Made by a program: the position numbers and the translations under genes
Notes under the pieces: model-generated
Database searches by the model: none
The model's input: the letters and a program-made list of their open reading frames with translations, nothing else
What the model was told of the DNA's origin: nothing
Assembly (NCBI GenBank): GCA_964016885.1
Contig: OZ024746.1
Location: 29,636,001 to 29,700,000 of the forward strand
Source of the DNA: Eledone cirrhosa
Taxonomy: Eukaryota
Direction: 5' to 3'
DNA length: 64,000 nucleotides
In this document: positions 1 to 12,298 of the stretch, piece by piece
Position numbering within the stretch: position 1 is the first letter of the stretch
Layout of the letters: the number at the start of each line of letters is the position of its first letter

Positions 1-639
1 TTACATGTGGAGATCTCCGGCTACATCTTACGAAAATCAAGCCTGACGTCAAAGAGTTAGCTAGACTCCATGAAGTTCAAGGGTCCCATTGAAATGAGGT
101 CAAAGTTAAAGTAAGTTGATTTATCCGAAAACTTAGATATGCTATTGTTACAAAGAAAACTAACAATATTTTTTATTTGTAGTTGCAGTCTGACTGGACT
201 GGAAACCATCTACTACAATTCACTTACTCATTTGTTGTATATATTTTACCATTTACTAATAAATATACCCTCCCGCGTGGTCATGAAAACCCTCTTCCGT
301 GGTCTCTAAGCTCACAAAGCAGAGGGGACATCAAGTTAGATATCAACATTTATTCTGTCCATTTCATTAAAGGGAAAATTGGAAAGCTTTGAAATGATAT
401 AATTGCCACTTTCTTCCAGATAAGAGCACTCTTTGGATAGAGTTGCTCTTGTATAAAGGTTCAAAATAGCTGGTATCGCCTGGTGGGCATATAACAAATT
501 CATCTGGTCCTTATTCATAAAAAGGAACATTTATGTTCCTTTTTTGAAATTTATATATTTCCTTTCAAGGAATGTATTTATACTCTCAGCTGCCTGCAAT
601 GGTATCTTTGGAATATTGTTAATCAATTTTTTAGTAATC

Positions 640-752
640 TACAGATATCAAAATCAGTAGTATATTGAAAAATGGAAAAATAGGGTAGGGGCATTTCGTG
701 ATTTCGAGGGACAAAAGGGGGCGTTTGGCCTAAATAGGTTGAGAGCCTGTGA
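640..752 (+). mobile_element. Possible degenerate hAT-type DNA transposon end
   Basis: ...aaaagggggcgtttggcctaaataggttgagagcctgtg resembles the '...aaggttgagaaccactg' termini of hAT/Buster-type elements; partner end not seen. Confidence 0.25.
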
Positions 753-1464
753 TCTAAAGCATTCATTTCACACTGAAGGTCATAAAATCTCTGCAAACCT
801 TCAATAGCAATTCCTCTTTAACCACAGACATGATTGCATCATAACGGATGAGGACCACGTTTTAAAGCCAATAACTAATTCAGATTTCGAAGTTTCCATA
901 TTTTAAAAGAACGTATTATTAAATCGAAAATGGAATAGATATTACATATCTGGAATACAACGTTCATTCCATCCATTATAGTCTCTGATGGAGACGTTGT
1001 GACGCCGCCATGACATACAACATGTCTTGGGAATTTATGCATAATGAAATCATTCATTATGGCAGGTTTAAACACAGCCGATATTTTCTAGAGAAAGTGA
1101 GAAAATAATAAAGGAAGAATCGACTCCTATACTGGACAGTTACTCGAATGGAGGAAAGAAAAACTTGATATTGGCGAGATTTGAACTCAGAATTAAGAGA
1201 CCCAGCATAAAGAATGCAATATATTCTATTGGACGTTTTAACAAATTTGGCGTCCCACAGAATTCAACACACACAACAGACTACTTACTGTTGCAGTGTC
1301 AAATCTACGGATTGTTAATACAAATGTTTATGGTTTCTTTACTAGGAAACATATCATTGTCAACATTTGATGCATTAGAATAAAGATTTTATTTTAATGT
1401 GTTATAGTTTGTTAAAAATGCCTTGCTAATATAGTTTGTTAATTCCAATGTTTAGGATATAATT

Positions 1465-1640
1465 ACAAGTGAACAGATCGTTGAAGAATTTTTCCGTATT
1501 ACGACCCTTGCCATTCTGAGTTCAAATCCCGCCGAGGTTAACTTTGCCTTTTATCCTTATAGCGTCGATAAAATAAAGTACCAGTAATACACTGGGTAAT
1601 TGCTGGCCTTGTGCCAAAAGTAGAAACAATTATTATTAAT
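1465..1640 (+). mobile_element. SINE (tRNA-related, octopus-like family 1)
   Basis: B-box-like gagttcaaatccc followed by gccgaggttaactttgcctt...gtcgataaaataaagtaccagt...ggccttgtgccaaaagtagaaac; same sequence recurs at ~26460, ~47130, ~47285 and ~47690. Confidence 0.75.
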
Positions 1641-2308
1641 GTGATATAATCCTAGTACTTTCGACATTTCAACATTGTTTTCCTCGTGTGGTTTTATGAG
1701 ATTTATCAATTCAAATTTATGTAGTGGCTTAACTGCTCGACAAATCTTAATATCAGAGTAAACACTGTAATATTGACCTTATGCAGTCAATATTGCTGTG
1801 TAATTTTCAAAAGAGTGTTGCGATTGTAAATTGATGTGATGCAGACCGTTAAGTGGTAAACGCATCGATGTCACATATTTCCTTTCCTTTTGTTATCGGT
1901 GTTGTGTCTGAAATTTCAGAAGGTCTCGTCGTAAGATTCAGTCAATGCATAGGTACAAGGACATTTCTTTTTAAAGACCTTCTCATCGCACACCCATCAA
2001 TAAACTATGTAATCTACATCAGAGCAATAGTTCCATTCAATATATTTCTTACTACATTAAGTTGGTGGGGTCTTAGAAATTGTCTTGGCATTGTTCCATT
2101 AGATGTATTCAATATTTTTCCTTTCACCCCCCCCCCTCTCACCTTTTTCATCTCACACTGATTACACATACACAGAAACATACATATATGTGTGTGCATG
2201 TATGTATATGTATACATACATTCACGCACACACACACACACCACACATATATATATATATATTAATGTGTGTATGTACAGTCACACACACGCACACACAC
2301 ACACACAT

Positions 2309-2369
<61 letters not shown>

Positions 2370-2606
2370 TACACGTGTATATTTGTGTGTCTATGTGTGT
2401 GTGTGAATATTAAAATTGTTTGCGAGCCTTTGTGTCTGTTTATGAATGAATGAGCGAATCAATAAATCATTCAAATATGCGTTTCGTTTCTCTGTCTTAC
2501 TATATCTCTCTCCATACTTACACACACACACTCTCTCTCTCTGTCTATATATATCTCTCTCTCCCTCTCCCTCTCTCTCTTTATGTATATATATATATAT
2601 ATATAT

Positions 2607-2715
2607 AGGAAAAGAGTCAGGACCCCGACGGCTGAGCTCCGGCCGTTTCGACAGCTAGTGTATTGAATACTCTGGTGCCTTATGGTCCACCTGATACCTT
2701 ACAACACCCTCTTTG

Positions 2716-2718
<3 letters not shown>
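2607..2718. mobile_element. Family D (TA)n-inserted Penelope-like fragment (inverted, deleted)
   Basis: Homologous to 10331-10520, 32941-33150 and 53232-53425; flanked by (TA)n/(CA)n. Confidence 0.7.
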
Positions 2719-2755
<37 letters not shown>

Positions 2756-2911
2756 TATATATATATATATATATATATCTCGACAGGTATATTAAACATA
2801 CATTTAAATTCCCAGTAAATGTAAGCCTGCCGATCGAGCTGAAGGAATCTAGAGAGCTTGCATTAAGACTGCCAGTCTCACTCTGTATTATTCTATCCAT
2901 TAATGTATCTT

Positions 2912-2948
<37 letters not shown>

Positions 2949-2953
2949 GTGTG

Positions 2954-5892
2954 TCCTTATAAACAGGGTCCCGGTTACTGGAAACTTAATTTGTCTTTAC
3001 CGGCAAAGAGACTTACAGAAACCGGATTAGCAGATTAGTTAAGGAGAGGTTGACGGGTGCAATCGTCAACAACCGATGGTGGGCATCTCTCAAAAGAGAG
3101 ATTAAAACAGAATCAATAAGTTATAGCAAGATGTTAGCTGCCGATAGGAATAGAAACGAGAAAGAATTAACAGGTAAATTAGAAGAGGCAATCAAGAGCG
3201 AAGATGTGGCCAGAGTGCTGGCATCGAGGACGGCCTTGAACCAGTTTTTCGATGCAAAGCACGAAGGCTGCGTCATTCGAAGTAAAATACGTGCTCTAGG
3301 TAATGAGGGGGCCAAAGCCGTTGGCTGGGCCCGCGTGACAGAAGCTAAGAGTGGAATTCGATCCACCATCCAGTCGTTGCAAGACGAAGATGGACGGGTG
3401 ATCCGGGAGCCTAAGCAGATGTGCGAGGCCTTCCAAAGGCACTTTGCCCGATTGTTCGGGGGAGGCGAGGGTCCGGGCGAGGACGTGGATTTCGGTCCAT
3501 ACCTCGACAGCCTGCCGCGTCTCTCAAGCGATGAGGCAGAGTCCTGCGAGGGACCAATCTCGGCTGATGAGATCGGAGATGCGCTGAGCCAATGCAGCAG
3601 GCGCAAATCTCCAGGTCTCGATGGTATACCTTACGAACTTTATTTAGCAATGCCGGTCTTCTTCTCCGAACTCCTCGAAGCGGTCTACTGCAATTGGCAG
3701 CAGAACGGGAGAATTCCTTGTTCTGTAGCCAAGGGCGTAGTCACGCTGGTGAGGAAGGACGAGAACAAGGGAGATAGTATAAATAATTTTCGGCCCATAA
3801 CCCTGCTAAACACAGAGTTAAAGATTTTGGCCAAGGTGTTAGCAAAGAGGTTGGCGCTTGTCGTGGGTGGCCTGGTGGGAGATGCGCAGACATGTGCTTT
3901 CCCATCCAGGTCCATTCACGATAACCTCCACCTCATGCGATACATCATAGAGAGGGTTGGCAACAAACCCGGCTTCGGTGGGGCCCTGATCAACTTGGAT
4001 CAGTCTAAGGCCTTCGATAGGGTCGACCATGGTTACCTGGATGCGGTGCTAGCGGCGGCTGGGTTCGGTCCTGTTTTCAGAGGCTGGATCACTGCCTTAC
4101 ATAGCAACCACATCTGTTCTAGGATCAAGGTGAACGGCTACCTTTCGAAGCCGTTCGAAATCACACGATCCGTTCGACAGCGGTGCCCTCTCTCCTCCCT
4201 TCTGTACGTATTGACTCTCGAGCCTTTACTGAGGAAATTGGAGTTGTTGCAGGGTATCCCCCTGGAACCAGGATTGAGCAAAGCGGTGTCGGCCTACGGC
4301 GATGACGTAACAGTAATGGTATCGACCAACTCGGAGATCGAGGCGATCGGTACCTTACTGGAGGATTACGAAAGGTTGTCAGGAGCGAAACTGAACCGGG
4401 AAAAATCCATCGGGCTGCAACTCGGAACGTGGAGAGGCAGACCGATGCCTCCCGACGGTGTCGTCGGACACTGGACGGAGGGCCCGGTAAAGTTGCTTGG
4501 GGTCTGGTTTGGACCGGACCTCCAGGTGGAAAAGAACTGGAACGAGGTTACGAACAAGGTGTTTGCACTAACCCAGAAATGGGCCAAGTGTAAGCCGTCC
4601 CTAAAAGGCCGGGCGGAGGTGGCGAACATTTACATAGCGTCCGTCACTTACTACCGCCTGACTGTCGTGCCTTGCCCTAAGGAAACACTCACCACCATGG
4701 AACGCATGCTCTTCCAATTTCTTTGGAAGAAGCGCCCTCCTATGGTGAGAAGATCCATCTGCTGCCAACAACCTTCGAAAGGAGGGCTGGGGATGCCGTG
4801 GTTGATGATGCGTAGGCACGCATTAAGGCTACGGCACCTACAGGTATTCCTCACTGGTCAACCGGTGTGGGCTCCGTTCGTGAAACGAGCCTTTCCGAGA
4901 CTCGTCTCACTCACCGAGCTACAGTCCTGGGTCAAGCAAAGATCCGGAAAACTGGGAGACTGGCACACTGAGTGTGCTCAGGCGCTCAGGGCTCTCTGGC
5001 AAGCGGGCCAGGCCATCGGTGGAGAATCCACCTCATCATTCTATAGAGGGCTGGTGGCTAGCAGGGCGATGACACCCTTGGAGAGTCGCTGGACATGGAA
5101 GAAGACGAACTGGCCAGCCTGTTCAGTAGGACTTTCGGCCCAGGACCAATGGACAACTTCCAGAAGTCACTGGCCTGGCAGTGCTACCGAGGGGCTCTAC
5201 CCGTTCGAGAGAGGCTCTACAAACACGGGCGCCCGGGCAGGGATCCCTCAAAAAAGATTTGCCCTAGATGCGTGCGTCACGAAGAAACTGTTGCGCACGC
5301 ATTGGTGCAATGTCCGGGCGTGGCTGATCTGTGGGGCTACGCCGAACGATTGCTGTCGCGGGTGACGCCGATTCAATTGACCGCCGAGTCCGTGATGACA
5401 ATCAAACCGCCTCCCCTCTCCACAAAGGAAGCAAAGGCGGTTTTTCTGTGCGTAATAGCCATGTTGAAAGAGGTTGTTTGGTGGACACGATTGAAAGGTC
5501 TGAGGTCAGGCAACTTCCTCTCTGGCCATAGTCTGGTCTACTTCTTCCGATATCACTTCGGAAGAAGGATAAGAATGGAGAGAGAGGTGCTTGGCCACAG
5601 GCAGTTTTATGAAAGGTGGGTGATAGTGGCGAGAATGGCTCGTGTAAATGGGCCTTCTCTGTATACCATCCTGTAGGTAAAGAAGTAAAGGAGACGGGAG
5701 CACCTTATCCATGTGCTCCCGGGCAAAGGATTTCACACTTTTTCGGGGGTGTCTGCAACCCCCATCACGTCCCCTCCCTTTTGAGGTTATTTTCAATTAT
5801 TTTCATTTTATACCCTTTTTACTCGATTGTATGTAAACTCCCCCTTTGTATTTGTCCCTTCTTTTTATGCTTTTATGGTAAATAAAGAAATA
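2954..5892 (+). mobile_element. 5'-truncated L1/Tx1-clade non-LTR retrotransposon
   Basis: GC-rich island with RT ORF, GPGYWKLN motif at ~2966, AATAAA and A-rich end at ~5881; 20-bp TSD tatctatctatctatgtgtg at 2934-2953 and 5893-5912. Confidence 0.93.
2966..5676 (+). pseudogene. Tx1-type ORF2 (RT plus C-terminal CCHC zinc finger), frameshifted, APE domain missing
   Basis: ORF 3050-5365 has KSPGLDG, NFRPITLLN, LDQSKAFDRVDH, VRQRCPLS, YGDD, LLGVWF and GGLG; continues after a frameshift in ORF 5095-5676 with CPRC...ETVAHALVQC. Confidence 0.92.
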
Positions 5893-6113
5893 TATCTATC
5901 TATCTATGTGTGGGTTTTCTTTTATAGACTGAATATATCTATTATCCACCCTAGCTGAATTAGTACAAGTATTGATAGTTTCCCTATGTGAAAATAATTT
6001 ACTTCATAGTTGAAAATAAAATCAAGTAATATTGAAGGATGGCAAACAATAGATATCAAACAAATGTTTAGCCCACTGATATTACTGAGAACTGTTCTAC
6101 ACTTCATGGACGG

Positions 6114-6220
<107 letters not shown>

Positions 6221-6368
6221 ATAAACGTGCTGCGGGGTTGCTAATGTGTTACATATGAATAAAGTTAGTCCTTCATCAGTGATCTTCCAACCATCATATA
6301 TATACATATAAGTAGTGAAAGATTGAAGAATAACATGGTCGGCTGTACAACAAGGGGTTTTATTTCAA

Positions 6369-6479
6369 GTATTAAGAATTGTTTCATTGCTCAGGTAAGT
6401 CTAAAGGCCGCTAATCACTCGAAGTTGCGTCACTCGACCTTAAATACAGTGTTTAGCTCTGATCAAATCCTCAGAATAC
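6369..6479 (-). ncRNA. Type I hammerhead ribozyme with long stem II
   Basis: GUAUU-CUGAGGA-U UUGAUCAG...CUGAGCAA U-GAAA-CAAUUC-UU-AAUAC; stem I 5 bp. Confidence 0.65.
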
Positions 6480-7075
6480 AAGAGAACTCATATATGGCAA
6501 TGGTATATATAGATACAGCGTAGAATCAAAACAATAACATCAATAATAAAATATAAAGAGGTAAAGAAGTTAGAGATGTAAAAAGTAAAAAAAAAAGAAA
6601 AAAAGAAATAAGTAAAAAAATATATAACTACAGAATACGATAGTTGATAATAGTGGTGGTGGTGAGTAAGTGTCTGTATAAGGATGTGAGGGTGGAGGTA
6701 ATACTAATATGAAAAGCAGCATTAGACACACATACATACGTGTAGAGAATAAGAGGTAATAACAAATGACAGATAAAAGATAAAAAAACAATAAATTGAA
6801 AATTAAGAGAGAGATACGAGGATGAGACATAAGGGCTAAGGAGGGACGGAGCTAGTGGGATTTTGATATGTGTGTGTGGTAAATGTTAAGCCTTCTGATT
6901 GTCTTATCTTAATGGGGTTGATGTGGCTTCAGGGAGAGAACGTGAAAGAAAGGTTAGGAGATTTATGATCTAGTGACCAATTGGTCAGTTGACAGCTAAT
7001 AACAGTGTGGTGGTATGTATTCCGTACAATTAAATCCGGGTGGTTCAGCTCACATTTTGGAATTGCTGGGTCGAA

Positions 7076-7405
7076 TCATGCTGGTTTGAAATTTGTGAAC
7101 TTGATAGCTGCTTTGTGCCTACAGAAAATTGACCTTTCTATTTTGCTGTTAAGCAGCATCTTATCGTACTTTAAAATATGGAATAGCTCCATATTGCAAA
7201 GTCCACAGTGGGACATTCCATTGTTGTAGGCCCTTGCTCTCGATAATTTTGACCAGCTAATCCTGTATTCCTGGTTTGTGTTCTTAATTTGCCAGATTTT
7301 ATTGGCCAGCGTTGTAGAGTTCTCTAGTTTACGGTTCTTCATAGAGTGTCTGTAAACATACCATTCTTTTTTGAACTCCCCAGCCATGGAACCTGTGTAG
7401 TGCCA
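7076..7405 (-). pseudogene. GIY-YIG endonuclease C-terminal half of a Penelope-like element
   Basis: YTGSMAGEFKKEWY...STTLANKIW...ISW...CGLCNME...LLNSKIE...CRH matches the PLE EN pattern YIG..FK.R...H / W / CxLC / E / LN / CRH. Confidence 0.8.
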
Positions 7406-7507
7406 TGTTTAGTTGCCTGAATTTATAGTACACAGGTACATATATGTATATATGTATATTTGCGTATGTGTATTTATTCATACGAATATATATATACATA
7501 TATAATA

Positions 7508-7624
7508 TAGGAAAATGTTTAAGGGGTCTTGAACATTTTCCTATCACTCACTATACTACCCTAAGTATTGAGTACTCTGGTGCGTTATGGTCCACCTGGT
7601 TCCTTACCACACTTCCTTCGTTAC

Positions 7625-7625
<1 letters not shown>
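7508..7625. mobile_element. Family D fragment (short inversion plus tail)
   Basis: taggaaaatgtt...aacattttccta inverted ends followed by the family D tail ending cacttccttcgt(TA)n. Confidence 0.75.
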
Positions 7626-7687
<62 letters not shown>

Positions 7688-7691
<4 letters not shown>

Positions 7692-8011
7692 GAAGTAATT
7701 CCGTCGGAAAAGTCCAGGAAAAAAGAGTGCTCTATGTAGGTAACAGAGCTTAATAGTTATGTAATAAACAACATAAGGCAATTATTCCATTTACCAGTGG
7801 TTTCTTAAAAGCAAAAAATGTTGCTTTCAATCATCAGAATGAAAAAGTCCTGGTGTATTTATTGATATTGGATTCTAAAAACAAAAATGCATGTTTTTAG
7901 AATCCAATATCAATAAATACACCAGGATTTTTTCATTCTGATGTTTGAAAGCAACATTTTTTGCTTTTAAGAAACCACTGGTAAATGGAATAATTGCCTT
8001 ATGTTGTTTAT

Positions 8012-8016
<5 letters not shown>
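7688..8016. repeat. Family L asymmetric inverted-repeat element in (TA)n
   Basis: ~7759-7881 is the reverse complement of ~7892-8016; the left arm has ~70 extra nt. Confidence 0.85.
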
Positions 8017-8073
<57 letters not shown>

Positions 8074-8892
8074 TGCATATATATATGTGTATGTGTATAG
8101 TAATATATATGCCCACGCAAGAATAACTAGCGCGTGATAACACACAATGAAGATTGAAAAAAAGCTAGAAAGCCTGGTTAACAGATATGTTGATGAAAAC
8201 AAGGGAAAATGAAATGAAAGTAAACAGGGGGGTAGTTTATAAGATCTAGTTAATATTTGTGATTGCCGCTCACTATTTACACTTTATCAAGGGGTCAGCA
8301 GAGTTAGATGTTGAGCGGATCTACGTCGCTTTTCATGATGTCTTCCAGTTTTTCGATCAAACAGCCTGGTCATTGTATTAAACTCCAAATGACTGCGCAT
8401 TCTACAGACACGTTTACACTTCAGGTAATTCTCGGGAAGATTCAGTGTGAAACATATTGTGCCGGACATGACCTTATAAATTATAGCCACTGTTCACCCG
8501 ACTGGCTTACAAAACCAATTTCTGTCGATGCCACTTCACTCAAAAGGCATTGATGGGCACGAGGCTATGGTATATGACACTTGCTCCACATGGATTGAAA
8601 CTAAGACCTAATCATTGCGAAGCGAACTTCTTAACTATTCCCCTATGCTGCGCCTACGTTGCAGTGATGACACAGAATATATAACAATAGTCAATATTTA
8701 TAATTGTCACTCGAGATTAATCATCAGTGAGTCACTTATATGGTATTTCGTTAAATAACACCAGACCAGGTAATATCTGTGTTGTCTCTTCAATATTCTC
8801 ACGGTTGTTACTTCAAACTGAAGTGAAATAGTGTATGTCATGTAAATAGAAAAAGGTATAGATTAGTGGTTAAGCAGATAGCATTGAAAATC

Positions 8893-9993
8893 AGAAGATC
8901 GGCTATGTCGAACGAGAGTAAGGCGCTGGTAGGTTGATCTGGTTGAAAGCGGAGGACATGTCCGTACCGTTGCATGTGGCGGATAGCTATTAGGCGAGAA
9001 GCTGTGGGCTGATGTTTGCGCGTACCCAACTTTTGTTGGAAACGTGGTGATACCATGTGGTGTTCTTGATGGTCCTCAGAGCTCTGCTATCGAAGCTGTC
9101 ATTTGCCAGGGTCATTGTGAGGAGCCACGTTTTTGCTCCATAGAGGAGAACGGAAAGGGCCGATGCGTTGTAAAAACAGAGCTTCGTTTTCTGGGAGATT
9201 AAGAAGTGGCGCTAAAGGGGATTTTATAGGGAGTGCATGACCCTGCCAGCTAAGCCACATCTGCGGTTGATCTCCGGAGTTAGATCAACATTGTTGGTGA
9301 CAGTCGAGCTCAGGTAAAATAGGGAGCTGACAAACTCCATGGCGTCGAAGTCAATATGAAACGGAGGAGGATCCCGGCCGTTGGTGTTATGCATCAGCGC
9401 TGTCTTCGTCCAGCTTACCTGATGGCCAAGCTTTACTGATTCCTCCCCGTATATGGTCAGTGTGTCTCTGAGCTGATTGATCGAGTTGCTGAATAAGGTG
9501 GTATTGTCTGCGTACTCTATGTAGGTTAGGTGATAAGTAACGCCTGGAACTCACTCACAGACCTTGGTCATCAGATAGTCGATGGTACAGTTGAAGAAGT
9601 CGGGGGTAGTCACCCCGCCCTGTCTGACCCCGCTGTCGATGGGGAACCAGTCAGAGTCCTTCCCGTTCACTCGCACGCACCTACCTCTCGGCACTGCTAT
9701 AGAGCTGTTGGAACAGTGTGGTGATCTTGGGAGTCACACCGACAAGCTGGTGAATTTTCCAGAGGAATGCGTGGTTGACCGTGTCGAAAGCCGCGTTGAG
9801 GTCGACGAAGGCGACATAGAGACAGAGATCTCTACGCAACTCCCGAGATCTTTCAATAATGAGGGTGAGTGCAGAAACGTAGACGGCGGTGGTTCGATTA
9901 GGCACGAATCCGGCTTGTTGTGGGCGACCTCTGCTTCTAATAGCAGAAAGAGCACGGTTGAGGAGGATATTAGTGAAGACCTTGCTTATGCTA
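8893..9993 (-). mobile_element. Degenerate RTE-type LINE reverse transcriptase fragment
   Basis: SKVFTNILLNR...RPQQAGFVPNRTT...LYVAFVDLNAAFDTVNH.LWK...LFQQLY, with downstream degraded RT and MQRYGHVLR-like motif. Confidence 0.85.
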
Positions 9994-10003
9994 TACGCAC
10001 ATG

Positions 10004-10044
<41 letters not shown>

Positions 10045-10263
10045 TTATATATATATATGTGTGTGTGTGTGTGTTCATATAAATATATATATATTTTTAT
10101 ATGTGTGTGTGCATGTGTGCATGTAAATATGCATACATGCCATACATAGGCAGTCATACGTACAGCTTAGAGTGTAACTTCCGTGCAGTCACTCATATTC
10201 ATATTTTATTAAAGATATCAAGTACTATGTAACAACTAATATATATGGTGTCTGATGGGAACT

Positions 10264-10330
<67 letters not shown>

Positions 10331-10333
<3 letters not shown>

Positions 10334-10517
10334 AAAATGTATGACTACGACGGCAGAGCTCAAGCCGTTTCAACGGCTATTTCTGGACTAAATAGACGTC
10401 GAAACGGCTTAAGCTCTGCCGTCGGGGTCATACATATTCCTATTACCCACTCTACTACCCTAAGTATTGAGTACTCTGGTGCGTTATGGTCCATCTGGTT
10501 TCTTACCACAACTCCTT

Positions 10518-10520
<3 letters not shown>
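10331..10520. mobile_element. Family D asymmetric inverted element
   Basis: Inverted arms ~10331-10383 and 10391-10443 plus ~75-nt tail; (TA)n flanks; carries the hammerhead 3' half GAAA-CGGC..GCCG-UC-GGGG. Confidence 0.8.
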
Positions 10521-10571
<51 letters not shown>

Positions 10572-10618
10572 GCATGTACGGATGTATATATATATGTGCA
10601 TGTGTCTGTCTGCAACTC

Positions 10619-10683
<65 letters not shown>

Positions 10684-10739
10684 CCATGTACGTATGTATA
10701 TATATATACGTGCATGAGTGTGTCTGCGACTCTGTGTGC

Positions 10740-10795
<56 letters not shown>

Positions 10796-11224
10796 GCACA
10801 CAGAGTCGCAGATACACACATGCACATATACAGGGCCACATACATAGATAAAGACACGGCCACAGCCACATTTACACAGTCACATATCAACCGACGTACA
10901 CGCATTCAGATCCGTAGACAAACAACTCCACCATAGATAATAATCACATCGGCTTACTTACTTCCTCCTATCTCTTCCATACACAGACCTAATGTTACAA
11001 GCTTTGGAAAGTAAGCTTACGTAATATTATTTGTCTGGTTCTTAGATGTACACACACACACACACACGCACACACAAGCACATATAAACACACATATATA
11101 ACTCACACTCAGACACACACATTCACCGACTCATGCAGTATCACATATAAAAACACAATCAAAGCTACAAACACGCACGCACAAAAATGTGTATGTACGT
11201 ACGTGTGAATATATATATATATAG

Positions 11225-11373
11225 ATTATTTCTGAAGACGGCATATATATGTGTTTGGTATGTATATTTAATTTTGATAGTTTGTATAATTTTGTATAAT
11301 TTTGTACATAGATCTGTTGAATATGCATGCCAATTCTAACACATATATATCCTAGAAACGATCGTTAAATAAT
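11225..11373 (+). ncRNA. Type I hammerhead ribozyme with ~115-nt stem II
   Basis: AUUAUUU-CUGAAGA-[AUAUAUAUGUGUU...AACACAUAUAUAU long hairpin]-GAAA-CGAUCG-UU-AAAUAAU; perfect 7-bp stem I and palindromic stem III; base of stem II imperfect. Confidence 0.75.
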
Positions 11374-11430
11374 GAACTTTTTTTGTTTAATATAAGGAAC
11401 TGTTTCATTGTTTTATTCATTATTTTTTAA

Positions 11431-11466
<36 letters not shown>

Positions 11467-11469
<3 letters not shown>

Positions 11470-11575
11470 GGAAAAAATGAAACGAAATTTCATTTCTCAC
11501 TCTTAGTACGGCTGTTACTTAAGTATAAGTATGTATACGTACATACATATATGTATACAGACGTACAGTAGTATG

Positions 11576-11577
<2 letters not shown>
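11467..11577 (-). mobile_element. Family J fragment
   Basis: Reverse complement of ~12298-12406. Confidence 0.8.
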
Positions 11578-11611
<34 letters not shown>

Positions 11612-11614
11612 TAT

Positions 11615-11791
11615 ACGATATTAACAAATGGAAACTATATTTATAAAACCATATTTATTTTATTAGTACAGCGTTGCTAGACACGATGGTTGCTAGACAC
11701 TGTACGGCTTAATTCAGGATGTTTGTTTACAAACACACCGAGCATTATAATAAATGTTCGGTGAATCCATACGTACATATATATGTGTGCA

Positions 11792-11795
<4 letters not shown>
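11615..11795. mobile_element. Chimera of antisense family B (11615-11665) and sense family J (11664-11795)
   Basis: Left part matches 11934-11984; right part matches 12558-12570 and 12598-12710. Confidence 0.8.
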
Positions 11796-11847
<52 letters not shown>

Positions 11848-11974
11848 AAAGTTCTATTTAAATTGTTGGGATACAACAAGCAAATATTTTTATAACTGAT
11901 ATAAAGCACTCGACATTTATTTGGAGTAGATATACGATATTAACAAATGGAAACTATATTTATAAAACCATATT

Positions 11975-12039
11975 TATTTCATTATACATATTTCAAGGAT
12001 ACCAAGTTAAATTATGGTATGCCTTCATCAGACAAAATA
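11975..12039 (-). ncRNA. Type I hammerhead ribozyme (family B)
   Basis: Reverse-complement copy of the 12150-12214 motif. Confidence 0.75.
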
Positions 12040-12149
12040 CAATATATACCAGTTTTATAAATAAACATAAATAACATAAACTATCCTGATGTCTTCCCAA
12101 AGTAACGGTTGCATTTTGAAAGGGTACGTCAATGTTTATTTATATATTG

Positions 12150-12214
12150 TATTTTGTCTGATGAAGGCATACCATAATTTAACTTGGTGTCCTTGAAATA
12201 TATATAATGAAATA
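12150..12214 (+). ncRNA. Type I hammerhead ribozyme (family B)
   Basis: UAUUUUGU-CUGAUGA-AGGCAUACCA..UGGUGUCCUU-GAAA-UAUAUA-UA-AUGAAAUA. Confidence 0.78.
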
Positions 12215-12253
12215 AATATGGTTTTATAAATATAGTTTCCATTTGTTAATATC

Positions 12254-12295
<42 letters not shown>

Positions 12296-12298
<3 letters not shown>

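Larger units (their letters stand above)
11846..12256. mobile_element. Family B asymmetric inverted element with a hammerhead in each arm
   Basis: Arms ~11932-12048 and 12141-12258; left arm has a ~90-nt tail; homologues at 31657-31915 and 49678-50110. Confidence 0.88.

Noticed and set aside
1505-1545. tRNA gene from the GTTCAAATCC B-box
   Set aside because: Part of a dispersed SINE; no cloverleaf
6255-6300. ggttggaagrycaCTGATGAaggact motif (minus; also 58693-58725 plus)
   Set aside because: Shared repeat, but no downstream GAAA/stem III/stem I was found, so not called a ribozyme
7820-7850. CUGAUGA-UU-GAAA on the minus strand as an ultra-minimal hammerhead
   Set aside because: No stem I or stem III partner could be paired, and the other arm reads CUGAUGU
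7688-8016. Inverted-repeat elements interpreted as Tc1/mariner MITEs with TA TSDs
   Set aside because: Arms are unequal and not terminal, and sister families with the same layout carry hammerheads and GIY-YIG remnants; a PLE origin fits better, though it is unproven for L, K, E and M
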